A stretch of DNA of 64,000 nucleotides from an uncultured Eubacteriales bacterium (GTDB lineage Bacteria > Bacillota > Clostridia > Oscillospirales > Acutalibacteraceae). Shown here piece by piece: positions 9,085 to 18,145 of the stretch. The first letter of the stretch is position 1, and each line of letters starts with the position of its first letter. The notes beneath the pieces were generated by a model, which was not told the origin of the DNA, made no database searches, and saw nothing but the letters and a program-made list of their open reading frames with translations. Both the position numbers and the translations under genes were made by a program. The stretch lies in contig CAYJIA010000002.1 of the NCBI GenBank assembly GCA_964370115.1, positions 9,361 through 73,360 on the forward strand, in the 5' to 3' direction.

Positions 9085-9873
9085 GTGGAAGATATCGTAG
9101 GGCAATTAAATCAAATTTTATCCGATCCAAATAGTATGGAGCAAATCAAAAACATAATGAGCGGAATAGATACCTCCTCACTCTCGTCAGTGGCAAATGC
9201 AGTATCTTCCACACCTGATGTTCCTGCACCACAAAATCCTGATATTTCCTCGCTACTAGGAGGGCTTACAGGTGGAGGCGGTGGAGGATTAGGCTCGATT
9301 TTGAGCACGGTTGCGAGTAATCCTCAGCTTTTAAACACAGTTTTGGGCAGTCTTGGCTCAGGTGGCGGAGGAGGACTTGGTTCTATTTTAGGCGGACTTA
9401 CAGGTGGTGGAGGCTCGGGAGGCGGCGGACTTGGCTCTATTTTAGGAGGGCTTACAGGCGGCGGAAATAGTGGAATAATGTCACAAATTTTGGGTGCAGT
9501 GGCAAAAAATCCTGCAATACTTAGTTCAGTTTTGGGAGGACTTGGTGGAGGAAACAACAACCAAGCTGCCCAGCAAAACTTCACTCAAAACGCTGACTTA
9601 GGAAATCTTAATGCCTTACTGTCTTCTGTATCCTCAAATAAGGAAAATGAAAATGTTGACAATTTAAACGCAATTTTAAATTCACCCGCAATGCGTTCAC
9701 AAAATATAAACTTACAAAACGACAATTCGGCAAAGTTATTAATGGCTTTAAGACCTTTGTTATCACAAAAAAGGCAGGAAAAAGTCGATACATCACTTAA
9801 AATTTTAAAGGCGATGAAGGTATTTCCTGGGCTAAAAGACACCGGAACTTTATCCACACTTCTAGGTAGATAG
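9085..9873 (+). CDS. glycine-rich repeat protein, unknown function
   Basis: GTG start behind GGAGGA. 262 aa with three or four copies of LGSILGGLTGGGG(S)GGGG, interleaved with (A/S)(S/K)NP..L..VLG motifs, and an Asn-rich C-terminal half. Confidence 0.75.
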   Translation: MEDIVGQLNQILSDPNSMEQIKNIMSGIDTSSLSSVANAVSSTPDVPAPQNPDISSLLGGLTGGGGGGLGSILSTVASNPQLLNTVLGSLGSGGGGGLGSILGGLTGGGGSGGGGLGSILGGLTGGGNSGIMSQILGAVAKNPAILSSVLGGLGGGNNNQAAQQNFTQNADLGNLNALLSSVSSNKENENVDNLNAILNSPAMRSQNINLQNDNSAKLLMALRPLLSQKRQEKVDTSLKILKAMKVFPGLKDTGTLSTLLGR

Positions 9874-9884
9874 GAGGTGTAAAT

Positions 9885-10205
9885 GTGGCTGAAAACTTTG
9901 ATTCTATGAGACGTGATGCAATACTGAGGGCAAGGGAGATTTACTCGAGGGCAAAACTTCCACATAACGAGTTTAGAACCGATCCGAGAGATGTAAACAT
10001 AGAAGCACCAGTTTCAAACGAAGTAGACGACAGTTCTATAACAAATTTTCTAAGTAGCATAACTTCAACAGGTTCGAGCAGTACATTAAATAATACATAT
10101 TTACAAGACGAAGAGTTAAAACTTATTTTATTTATAATAATTATTCTATGCCAAGAGAATGTAGACAGCGCGCTAATTTTTGCTCTTTTATACTTAATAA
10201 GCTGA
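9885..10205 (+). CDS. small hypothetical protein with C-terminal hydrophobic helix
   Basis: GTG start behind AGGAGG. 106 aa ending in LKLILFIIIILCQENVDSALIFALLYLIS. Confidence 0.65.
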   Translation: MAENFDSMRRDAILRAREIYSRAKLPHNEFRTDPRDVNIEAPVSNEVDDSSITNFLSSITSTGSSSTLNNTYLQDEELKLILFIIIILCQENVDSALIFALLYLIS

Positions 10206-10461
10206 AATGGTAATTGAAAATTGATAATTTAAAATTGATAATTGTGGTGAAAATCCTGCGGATTTTTTTGATTGTATTTTCTTTAATTTTGAATTAGTGG
10301 TGTAGGGGCGGTCATTGGTGCCCGTTTTGTAGACAGTAAACCTAGCGGACGACCAATGGTCGTCCCTACTTTATTTATCACAGATAATTAGTAGGCAGAA
10401 AACTTTGTGTTACGTGTAGGGGCTATCCTATGTGATAGCCCGAAAAGATTTCCACAAAAAT
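10206..10461. repeat. intergenic repeat cluster: AT arm, GTGG hairpin and three GTAG-flanked GC hairpins
   Basis: GTGG-TGAAAATCC-tgc-GGATTTTTTT (10244-10269). GTAGGGGCGGTCATTGGTGCCCG (10302-10324, decayed). GGACGACCAATGGTCGTCC-CTAC (10347-10369, minus orientation). GTAG-GGGCTATC-ctatgt-GATAGCCC followed by gaaaagatttccacaaaaatt (10416-10461). Confidence 0.8.
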
Positions 10462-10701
10462 TCAGAAATCAAACTTTCCTAAATAGATTTTCCTTTTTTT
10501 AGGTAATAAAATCTCGTCTGTAGTGACATTATATATTTTTGATAATAGTACAATACTTGTAAGGCTTGGTTCTGTTTTACCTGTTTCGTAATATGTATAT
10601 GCCGATCGTGTAATGCCTAAGAAAGATGCAATCTCTGCCTGTGTCATACCACTTTTTTCTCTTAATTTTTTTAATCGTTTTGGAAGTTGCGTTTCAAACA
10701 T
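10462..10701 (-). CDS. XRE-family HTH transcriptional regulator (79 aa)
   Basis: HTH MTQAEIASFLGITRSAYTYYETG. Intact paralogue of pseudogene 5757..5929. Confidence 0.85.
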   Translation of the reverse strand: MFETQLPKRLKKLREKSGMTQAEIASFLGITRSAYTYYETGKTEPSLTSIVLLSKIYNVTTDEILLPKKRKIYLGKFDF

Positions 10702-10744
10702 AATACTACCTTTTTAAATCAATAACAGTCCTACTGTTTATATT

Positions 10745-10779
10745 ATAGGTCAATTTAACCATATTTTCAATAGGTCAAT
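10745..10779. promoter_or_regulatory. direct repeats ATAGGTCAAT x2 in the divergent XRE intergenic region
   Basis: ATAGGTCAAT at 10745-10754 and 10770-10779, 25 bp apart, between 10462..10701 (-) and 10800..11027 (+). Confidence 0.4.
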
Positions 10780-10799
10780 CTGCCATAATAATTAATGAG

Positions 10800-11027
10800 G
10801 TGTTGTTAAATATGGATAGATTAAGAAATTTGCGCAAGGAAAAGGGTTTTACACAAATAAAAATGCAAATCCTTACAGGCATAGACCAAAGTGATTATTC
10901 CAAAATTGAAAATGGAAAAAGACATTATACTTTTGAACAGTGCAGAAAAATTGCCATTGCCCTTGACACGAGCATGGATTATTTGGCAGGTTTAACCGAC
11001 GAGAAAAAACCGTATACTAGAAGCTAA
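10800..11027 (+). CDS. XRE-family HTH transcriptional regulator (75 aa)
   Basis: HTH FTQIKMQILTGIDQSDYSKIENG and a C-terminal TDEKKPY shared with 6021..6248. Confidence 0.85.
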   Translation: MLLNMDRLRNLRKEKGFTQIKMQILTGIDQSDYSKIENGKRHYTFEQCRKIAIALDTSMDYLAGLTDEKKPYTRS

Positions 11028-11074
11028 GGTGGTATAAAAGATTTCAACAAAATTAAAATACACATATAATCCAA

Positions 11075-11143
11075 AAATCGGGTGGAAAATTTCCACCCGA
11101 TTTCACATCAATTATTAATTATTAACTATTAACTATTAATTAC
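11075..11143 (-). terminator. intrinsic terminator of maa preceded by a stop-rich AT arm
   Basis: On the minus strand the maa stop is followed by gtaattaatagttaatagttaataattaataattgatgtg. Then comes a 13-bp stem AAATCGGGTGGAA-att-TTCCACCCGATTT and TTTT. The architecture matches the composite repeats. Confidence 0.75.
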
Positions 11144-11779
11144 TTAAATAACTTTATTATCCGCAAGTATCTCTGGTTTATAAATCATGCTGTCTTTTTC
11201 TGTAATCTCGCGAATTACTCGACAAGGGTTTCCTGCCGCGAATGAATTCGCTGGTATGTCTTTTACTACCACACTTCCAGCGCCTATGACGCAGTTTTCA
11301 CCGATAGTCACACCAGGACAAATAACAACATTTGCACCAAGCCAACAGTCTTTTCCTACGGTCACAGGTTTTGCATAGCATAGATGCTTTGGATTTCCGT
11401 CTTTGTCTAGCATTGTTTTTCTCTCACTTGCTATCATTGGGTGAACAGGAGTCACAATAGTAACATTTGGTCCGAAATTGCAGTCGTCACCAATAGTAAC
11501 TTTTGCATCGTCTTGCACAGTGAAATTAAAATTGATAAAACAGCCTTTTCCTATAGTCGTATGTTTGCCATAGTGGAAAGTAATAGGCCCTTGTAAAAAA
11601 CTGCCCTCGCCTAAAAAGCCAAGTATCTCGCTTAAAATTTCCGCCCTTTCCTCCACTTGATTTTCATATAAGCGGTTGAAATCTTTGTTTAAGTTATGCG
11701 TTTTAAGCTTAATTGCTTTTAAATCTGGGTCTGCTGGACTAAAAAGTATGCCTTGCTCAATTTTCTGTTCTTCCCTCAT
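11144..11779 (-). CDS. maa: maltose/galactoside O-acetyltransferase (hexapeptide-repeat family)
   Basis: 211 aa with a Mac-type N-terminus and left-handed beta-helix repeats (IGDDCNFGPNVTI, VGKDCWLGANVVICPGVTIGENCVIGAGSVV). Confidence 0.8.
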   Translation of the reverse strand: MREEQKIEQGILFSPADPDLKAIKLKTHNLNKDFNRLYENQVEERAEILSEILGFLGEGSFLQGPITFHYGKHTTIGKGCFINFNFTVQDDAKVTIGDDCNFGPNVTIVTPVHPMIASERKTMLDKDGNPKHLCYAKPVTVGKDCWLGANVVICPGVTIGENCVIGAGSVVVKDIPANSFAAGNPCRVIREITEKDSMIYKPEILADNKVI

Positions 11780-11804
11780 ATCAAAAACACCCTTTCTTTA
11801 TAGA

Positions 11805-12506
11805 TTAAACCGTAATAATAGTTACGTCGTGGTGGAACTGAAGTACCGATGCAGGCACGTCAGTTGTTACTTTTCCATACATTGCACGTTCAATTATGTC
11901 GCCTTTGTCTGCACCTGCTATTAGCAGGATTTTTTTTGCCCTAAGTATGGTGCCTATGCCCATGGTTATTGCTTGTTTTGGCACTTCTTCTTCATTTTCA
12001 AACAATCTAGCATTTGCTGTAATTGTGCTTTCAGTTAAATTGGCACCATGAACAAAACGTGGAAATCTGTCGCAAGGTTCGTTAAAACCTATGTGACCGT
12101 TATGCCCTATTCCCAAAAGTTGTAAGTCCACGTTACCCATACTTTGTATAAGCTTTTCATAGTCCTCACACTCTTTTTCTAGGTCGTCTGCCATTCCGTT
12201 TGGCACGTGTGTATTTTCCTTGTTGATATTAACTTTATCAAATAAGTGTTCATTCATAAAATATCTGTAGCTTTGTGGGTGAGTTCCAGCAAGGCCGTAA
12301 TATTCGTCTAGGTTAACTGTTTTTACCTGAGAAAAATCTAGCAGACCTTTATTGTAATCCTCAACCAAATGCTTGTAGACACCAATTGGAGAAGAACCCG
12401 TTGCAAGGCCTAGTACCGATTTTGGATTTGACAAAACTTGTGCTGCAATAATTCTAGATGCCAAAGTGCTCATTTCTTCGTAACTTTTTACTTTAATAAT
12501 ATTCAT
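11805..12506 (-). CDS. nagB: glucosamine-6-phosphate deaminase
   Basis: 233 aa with LGLATGSSP and GIGHNGHIGFNEP motifs. Confidence 0.9.
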   Translation of the reverse strand: MNIIKVKSYEEMSTLASRIIAAQVLSNPKSVLGLATGSSPIGVYKHLVEDYNKGLLDFSQVKTVNLDEYYGLAGTHPQSYRYFMNEHLFDKVNINKENTHVPNGMADDLEKECEDYEKLIQSMGNVDLQLLGIGHNGHIGFNEPCDRFPRFVHGANLTESTITANARLFENEEEVPKQAITMGIGTILRAKKILLIAGADKGDIIERAMYGKVTTDVPASVLQFHHDVTIITV

Positions 12507-12521
12507 ATTTATTATCCTCCT

Positions 12522-13892
12522 TTATGCTTTCTTTTTTGTGTCTCGAGTTAAATTTTTAATCCAGTTATAATTTCTATTTATCTTTACAACGGCTACAAAG
12601 CATTTTAGTATTTGGTCACATTTTAGGCAAGCAAACACAATCCACGGTGCCGCACCTAACATTAGTGCTATTATTGACGATGGAATGACCACTAAAAATA
12701 CAAATATCGTGTCGTTTTTAAAGACAAAGCTTATGTCTCCGCCTGATTTAACCAGCCCAAACAGACAAGCCGCCTGATAGCAAGTACCTATAATCGTAAT
12801 GCTTATTACATTGATAAATTGCTTAGAGTAGCCAACTGCCTCGGGGCTTATGTCGTATAGTGAAATAAATCCGTCTCGAAGGAAAAACACCACTGCACCG
12901 GATATCACACCTACTACTAAGAACATAATTTGAACTGTTTTTGCAATTTCCTTTACTTTTTCTATCTTGCCCTCGCCCACTGTTTTTCCGACTATTATGC
13001 CGACACCGCCAGATAGACCTGTCATCCAGATATATACCATGTTGTGAAGCATTCCTGCAACTGCTGTCGCCGCTATAACCTCTGCGGAAAATCTGCCTAA
13101 AATAATTGTGTTTGCAATCATATTGCAACCCCAAACAACTTGTCCACCAAAGACGGGCAAGCCGTACTTGATGAAATCTTTAAATATCACTTTGTCGTGA
13201 CTTACTATGTCTTTTAGAGTTAGTTTTAGCTTTTTATCCCTAAATTTTACATAGTATAGTACAAATGCAAACTCCACTCCTCTTGAAATTAGAGTTGCAA
13301 TCGCTGCGCCCTTTACTCCCATTGCAGGAATTACGCCCTCGATACCAAAAATTAGTAAATAGTTAAGCCCTACATTAACGAATAATGCCATTATAGAAAC
13401 ATAGAGTCCGAGTTTTGCTGTTTCTACACTTCTTAATGAAGCAATAAACATTTGAGTAAATGCAAAGAGCAAATATGAGAAACCGACTATTCTAAGATAA
13501 ACTTCGCCCTCTTTTATGACATTAATATCATTTGTCAAAAGGCTTAAAACTTGATGTGGAAAAATTGTCGCCGCAAGTGTAAACAAAAGTCCACATACCA
13601 GTGCAAACTTAAATGCGACACCGGAAATTTTCTTTATACTGTCCACGTCTTTTTTTCCCCAGTACTGAGCACCAAGGATTAGTATTGCGCCCTCGATTCC
13701 AACCGTAAAAATTTGCAAAACTGTTTGTACTTGATTTCCCATGTACACGCCCGACACCGCATTGTCACCAAGCGAGCCTATCATTAAGTTATCGGCAAAA
13801 CCTACCATAAAGGTGATTAGGTTTTGTAGCGAAATAGGCACAGCGAGCGCCAAAAGCGTTTTGTAAAAGGATCTATCCCTTGAAATGAGCAT
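12522..13892 (-). CDS. MATE-family efflux transporter
   Basis: 456 aa, 12-TM pattern, MATE N-terminal consensus (LLALAVPISLQNLITFMVGFADNLMIG). Confidence 0.85.
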   Translation of the reverse strand: MLISRDRSFYKTLLALAVPISLQNLITFMVGFADNLMIGSLGDNAVSGVYMGNQVQTVLQIFTVGIEGAILILGAQYWGKKDVDSIKKISGVAFKFALVCGLLFTLAATIFPHQVLSLLTNDINVIKEGEVYLRIVGFSYLLFAFTQMFIASLRSVETAKLGLYVSIMALFVNVGLNYLLIFGIEGVIPAMGVKGAAIATLISRGVEFAFVLYYVKFRDKKLKLTLKDIVSHDKVIFKDFIKYGLPVFGGQVVWGCNMIANTIILGRFSAEVIAATAVAGMLHNMVYIWMTGLSGGVGIIVGKTVGEGKIEKVKEIAKTVQIMFLVVGVISGAVVFFLRDGFISLYDISPEAVGYSKQFINVISITIIGTCYQAACLFGLVKSGGDISFVFKNDTIFVFLVVIPSSIIALMLGAAPWIVFACLKCDQILKCFVAVVKINRNYNWIKNLTRDTKKKA

Positions 13893-13985
13893 AAAATATA
13901 TTCCCCCAAATTTATTTATTTTCTATCTTAACATATTATATTTACCGAATAAAGCCAGTTTATCTATAAAAGTATTACAATTCTA

Positions 13986-14732
13986 TTATAATGGAGATTT
14001 AGAAATTTTAGAGCCGTGTCTTGGGTATTTTTCGGGGGTTGGTTTTACCTTTTCAAAGATAGAAATATTTCTTTCACTTTTCTCTAAATCGGGTAAATAA
14101 AGTGTTTCTGATTTTGCAAGCTTTGCGCCCAAGGTCGTTACAGCCTTTTGCCCAGCTTTTAGCTCTTCGTCAAATTTTGGCCCTTTCATGCTGACAAATT
14201 TTCCGCCGACTTTCACAAGTGGTATGCAGTACTCGGACAAAACACTCAGCTTTGCCACTGCCCTTGCACAGGATATGTCAAACTGCTCTCTAAGCTCTTC
14301 GTCTCTTCCCGCGTCCTCTGCCCTCATGTGGATATAGTCAAGTTCAAGACCTAGCTCTTCGCCTAATGCTTTTAAGAAAACCAGTCTCTTATTAAGTGAA
14401 TCGAGCAAGGTCATTTTAATGTCGGGTCTGACTATTTTTATTACCACTCCAGGAAAACCGGCACCAGTGCCGACGTCTATGAAGCTTGAGTTTTGCGGTA
14501 TGTCTACGGTTTTTAATAGATATAGGCTGTCGATGAAGTGTTTAATGATTACGTCTTTAGGCTCTGTAATGGCCGTAAGATTAACTTTTTCATTCCACTC
14601 GACTAGCATTTCTAAATATCTAATCAGTTTTTCAGCCTGATTTTCAGAAATCTCTATTTCTTCGCTTTCGCAACTTGCGATAAGGAAGTCTAAAATTTTA
14701 TTGTCCAATATTTTCACCTTTAGTCGTTGCAA
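13986..14732 (-). CDS. rsmG: 16S rRNA (guanine527-N7)-methyltransferase
   Basis: SAM motif FIDVGTGAGFPG, directly downstream of mnmG. A TTG at 14708 behind AAAGGTGA is a likelier start than the track ATG at 14732, which overlaps mnmG by 35 nt. Confidence 0.9.
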   Translation of the reverse strand: MQRLKVKILDNKILDFLIASCESEEIEISENQAEKLIRYLEMLVEWNEKVNLTAITEPKDVIIKHFIDSLYLLKTVDIPQNSSFIDVGTGAGFPGVVIKIVRPDIKMTLLDSLNKRLVFLKALGEELGLELDYIHMRAEDAGRDEELREQFDISCARAVAKLSVLSEYCIPLVKVGGKFVSMKGPKFDEELKAGQKAVTTLGAKLAKSETLYLPDLEKSERNISIFEKVKPTPEKYPRHGSKISKSPL

Positions 14733-16578
14733 GATAAATTAGTAGTACCGAAATATCCGCAGGGCTTACTCCCGAAATCCTAGACGCTCTTGCTATATTT
14801 TCGGGTCTTATTTTGTTTAATTTTTCCACAGCCTCTATCCTTAGGCCTTTTATATTTTGATAATCTATATTTTGTGGAAGCTTTTTCTTCTCAAGCTTTT
14901 TCATTTGCTGAATATCTTCTTTTTGCCTTTTAATATATCCCATGTACTTTATCTCTATTTCCACAGCTTCAAAGACATAGTTTGAATAATTTGGGCGTGT
15001 TACATCTATTTTTTCCAAATCTTTGTATTTTATTTGCGGACGCTTTAACAAATCGCTGAGCCTTACGCCTGTTGTCACTTCAGATGTTTCACGTGAAACA
15101 AGTATGTCGTTTAGCTCTTTAGTTGGCTTAATTACTGTGTTTTCACAGCGCTTTAGCTCTGTTTCTTTTTGCTCTTGCTTTAATAAATAATCATTCCAGC
15201 GCTCGTCTGAGATTAGCCCTAGCTCTCGCCCAAGAGGTGTGAGTCTTTCGTCGGCGTTGTCTTGCCTTAGTATTAGTCTATACTCAGAACGCGAGGTCAT
15301 CATTCTATATGGGTCTGAGCAACCTTTTGTGATTAGATCGTCTATAAGTGTGCCTATATATGAGTTATCTCTACCCAATATAAATTTTTCCTTGCCAAGA
15401 ACTTTAAGTGCGGCGTTAACTCCTGCGACAAACCCTTGCGCCGCAGCTTCTTCATATCCCGACGAACCGTTGAACTGTCCTGCGCCATAAAGTCCGCTAT
15501 GCTCTTTAAACTCCAAGCAAGCGTCCATTTGTGTCGGGTCTACACAGTCGTACTCAATTGCATAGGCAAAGCGCATGATTTGCACATTTTCAAGTCCTTT
15601 TATAGAACGATAAAATGCAACTTGAACATCTTCTGGTAATGAGGAGCTCATACCCTGTAAATACATCTCTTCTGTATTTGTTCCACAAGGCTCTATGAAA
15701 AGTTGATGCCTAGGTTTTTCTGAAAATCTCACCACTTTATCCTCAATGCTCGGGCAATACCTAGGCCCTGCACCCTCAATTATGCCTCCATACAGTGGCG
15801 AGCGGTGGATATTTTCCATAATTATATCTTTCGTCTTTGAATTTGTCCAAGTGATATGGCAAACCTCGGTGTTTTTAAGTTCTTCTTTTGTATCATAAGA
15901 AAACGGTACTATTGGCTTGTCGCCTTCTTGTTCTTCTAGTTCAGAAAAATCTATCGAGCCCCTGTGAACTCTCGCTGGTGTTCCAGTCTTAAATCTTCTG
16001 AGCGATAGGCCAAGGTTTTTCAAAGATTTTGCTAAAAATGTTGCTGGGAACATTCCGTCTGGGCCACTGTCGTAGCTTAGGTCGCCTAAGTATATCTTGC
16101 CACCTAAAAATGTGCCAGTAGCCAAAATTACAGTGTTGCACTTGTGTACTGCGCCTGTTCTTGTCTCTAAAAGCCAAAAATCACCCTCTTTTTTAAGGTC
16201 TACTACCTCGGCTTGAATTAGGCTAAGTCTTTCTTGCTTTTCAAGCTTATGCTTCATAATTTGCATATACTTGTTTCTATCTATTTGTGCCCTAAGTGAA
16301 TGTACCGCTGGACCTTTGCCTAGATTTAGCATACGGCTTTGCAGTGTAGATTTGTCGGCAGTTTTTCCCATTTCACCGCCTAGAGCGTCTACTTCTCGCA
16401 CTAAATGGCCTTTTGCCGTTCCGCCTATGCTAGGGTTGCAAGGGCAGTTTCCAACGGCGTCCATGTTAATTGTAAAAACAGCAGTGGTGCAGCCAAGCCT
16501 TGCGCTTGCAAGCCCTGCCTCAATTCCCGCGTGTCCTGCGCCGATTACGGCGACTTCATAACTCTCTGATATATACAT
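14698..16578 (-). CDS. mnmG: tRNA uridine 5-carboxymethylaminomethyl modification enzyme
   Basis: 626 aa with FAD motif VIGAGHAGIEAG. Conserved GidA sequence throughout. Confidence 0.95.
   Translation of the reverse strand: MYISESYEVAVIGAGHAGIEAGLASARLGCTTAVFTINMDAVGNCPCNPSIGGTAKGHLVREVDALGGEMGKTADKSTLQSRMLNLGKGPAVHSLRAQIDRNKYMQIMKHKLEKQERLSLIQAEVVDLKKEGDFWLLETRTGAVHKCNTVILATGTFLGGKIYLGDLSYDSGPDGMFPATFLAKSLKNLGLSLRRFKTGTPARVHRGSIDFSELEEQEGDKPIVPFSYDTKEELKNTEVCHITWTNSKTKDIIMENIHRSPLYGGIIEGAGPRYCPSIEDKVVRFSEKPRHQLFIEPCGTNTEEMYLQGMSSSLPEDVQVAFYRSIKGLENVQIMRFAYAIEYDCVDPTQMDACLEFKEHSGLYGAGQFNGSSGYEEAAAQGFVAGVNAALKVLGKEKFILGRDNSYIGTLIDDLITKGCSDPYRMMTSRSEYRLILRQDNADERLTPLGRELGLISDERWNDYLLKQEQKETELKRCENTVIKPTKELNDILVSRETSEVTTGVRLSDLLKRPQIKYKDLEKIDVTRPNYSNYVFEAVEIEIKYMGYIKRQKEDIQQMKKLEKKKLPQNIDYQNIKGLRIEAVEKLNKIRPENIARASRISGVSPADISVLLIYLATTKGENIGQ
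15085..15100. promoter_or_regulatory. parS: parS centromere-like site inside mnmG
   Basis: TGTTTCACGTGAAACA, a perfect 16-bp palindrome that matches the Firmicutes parS consensus TGTTNCACGTGAAACA exactly. Confidence 0.85.
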
Positions 16579-16595
16579 CTTAATTTCCTATCTAT

Positions 16596-17975
16596 TTATT
16601 TTCCTACGCAGAATTTTTCAAACACTGCATTAACTACTTCTTCGCTGACACTTTTTCCGCTTAATTCTAGTAGTGCCTTTATAGCATCTTCAACACAAAC
16701 CGTAACGGCGTCTAGAGTCATACCCATTTGGTACGCAAAATCTGCCTCCTTGACACTGTCAAAAGCCCTAAGAGCAGTTTCCTTTTGTCTTAAAGTATTT
16801 AAAACTGCAACAGAGGCGTCGAGGTTTTCGGTGTGGAAGATTTTCTCCACGGCATCGGTAAGCTCTTGTAGCCCCGTTCCACTGAGAGCAGAAATGTACA
16901 CTACATACTCAAAGTTTTGTTCAATAAACTGAGTGTCTACCCTGCTTTCTAAATCGCTTTTATTTATAACAGCAATGCTAGGAACATCTTTTAAATCTTC
17001 AATCATCTTGATATCGTCGCTGTTTAGCTCCTCTGAAAAATCAAAGACTGCAAAAACAAGCTGGGCAGTTTGCATTTTATCTCTTGCAATTTTTACTCCT
17101 ATGCTCTCGACAGGGTCGTCGGTTTCTCTAATTCCAGCAGTGTCAGAGAGGTTAAGCGCTATGTTTCCTAGCATCACACTTTCCTCTACCACGTCTCTCG
17201 TCGTGCCTGCTATGTGAGTGACAATTGATTTTTGACAGCCAGCAAGCAAATTCATCAATGTAGACTTACCTGCATTTGGTCTTCCGACTATTGCCGTGTG
17301 AACTCCGTCTTTTAGAATTTTTCCCGCTCCGAAAGAATTTAGCAAAGTTTCTATTTCAATTATTGATAATGCAAGCGAGTCTTTAAGCATTTGCTCATCT
17401 ATTTGTGGAACGTCGTCGTCTGGGTAGTCAGCCCATGCGCTAAGGTGAGATGCTATGGTGATTAAATTTTCAGTCACAGTGTCGACTTTTTTAGAAAGTA
17501 AACCATCTTTTGCACCCATGGCGAGTCTTGCAGATTGCTTATTTTTTGCGCTTATGATATCCATTACCGCTTCGGCCTGAGTCAAATCCATTTTCCCATT
17601 TAGAAATGCCCTTTTAGAAAATTCACCTGCCTGTGCAGTCCTCGCACCTGCATTTATTACTAAATCTAATACCTGAGACAAAATAAAACTGCCGCCATGG
17701 CAAGAAAGTTCAACCACATTTTCGCCAGTATAACTCTTTGGTGCAACAAAATTTAGGGCTATAGCTTCATCAATTTTATTACCAGTCTCGTCCACAATTT
17801 TACCATATAAAAATGTATTCTCAGCACTTCTTTCAAGGCTTGCTCCATTTTTTGTCGGAACAAAAATTTTGTCCGCAATTTCCTGTGCCCTGCTACCAGA
17901 AATACGTATTATTCCAACAGCCGACGGCGCCTGTGCAGTGGTTATAGCGGCTATGGTTTCCAAGTTCAAACTCAT
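16596..17975 (-). CDS. mnmE: tRNA modification GTPase
   Basis: G1 GRPNAGKST, G3 DTAGIRE, G4 NKSD, C-terminal CVGK. Start moved to ATG 17975 (MSLNLETI...) behind ACGGAGA; the track start at 18032 adds 19 unlikely residues. Confidence 0.93.
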   Translation of the reverse strand: MSLNLETIAAITTAQAPSAVGIIRISGSRAQEIADKIFVPTKNGASLERSAENTFLYGKIVDETGNKIDEAIALNFVAPKSYTGENVVELSCHGGSFILSQVLDLVINAGARTAQAGEFSKRAFLNGKMDLTQAEAVMDIISAKNKQSARLAMGAKDGLLSKKVDTVTENLITIASHLSAWADYPDDDVPQIDEQMLKDSLALSIIEIETLLNSFGAGKILKDGVHTAIVGRPNAGKSTLMNLLAGCQKSIVTHIAGTTRDVVEESVMLGNIALNLSDTAGIRETDDPVESIGVKIARDKMQTAQLVFAVFDFSEELNSDDIKMIEDLKDVPSIAVINKSDLESRVDTQFIEQNFEYVVYISALSGTGLQELTDAVEKIFHTENLDASVAVLNTLRQKETALRAFDSVKEADFAYQMGMTLDAVTVCVEDAIKALLELSGKSVSEEVVNAVFEKFCVGK

Positions 17976-18145
17976 AAAATTCTCCGTTTCGATTAATACT
18001 ACTATTTTACAACTTTTTAAGGATATTTTCAAGTGGATAAGGCAAGTCGGAAATAAAAAAATTCATGCCGACATAATTAAACATTTTTTTCGCAATTACT
18101 ATGATATTATCTCATTAAAGAAATTCATTAAAAGGAGCGGAAAAA

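Noticed and set aside
9111-9965. Minus-strand ORFs with poly-Pro stretches (9111..9308, 9324..9584, 9585..9965, 9608..9796)
   Set aside because: They are the reverse complement of the Gly-codon repeats of the plus-strand gene 9085..9873, which has a strong RBS and operon context.
18032-18145. oriC between divergent mnmE and the ParB-like gene
   Set aside because: Gene orientation diverges here and parS sites flank it. However, I find only one near-consensus DnaA box (AGTGGATAA, 18032-18040), no box cluster, no obvious AT-rich unwinding repeats and no dnaA gene. This cannot be called an origin from this window.
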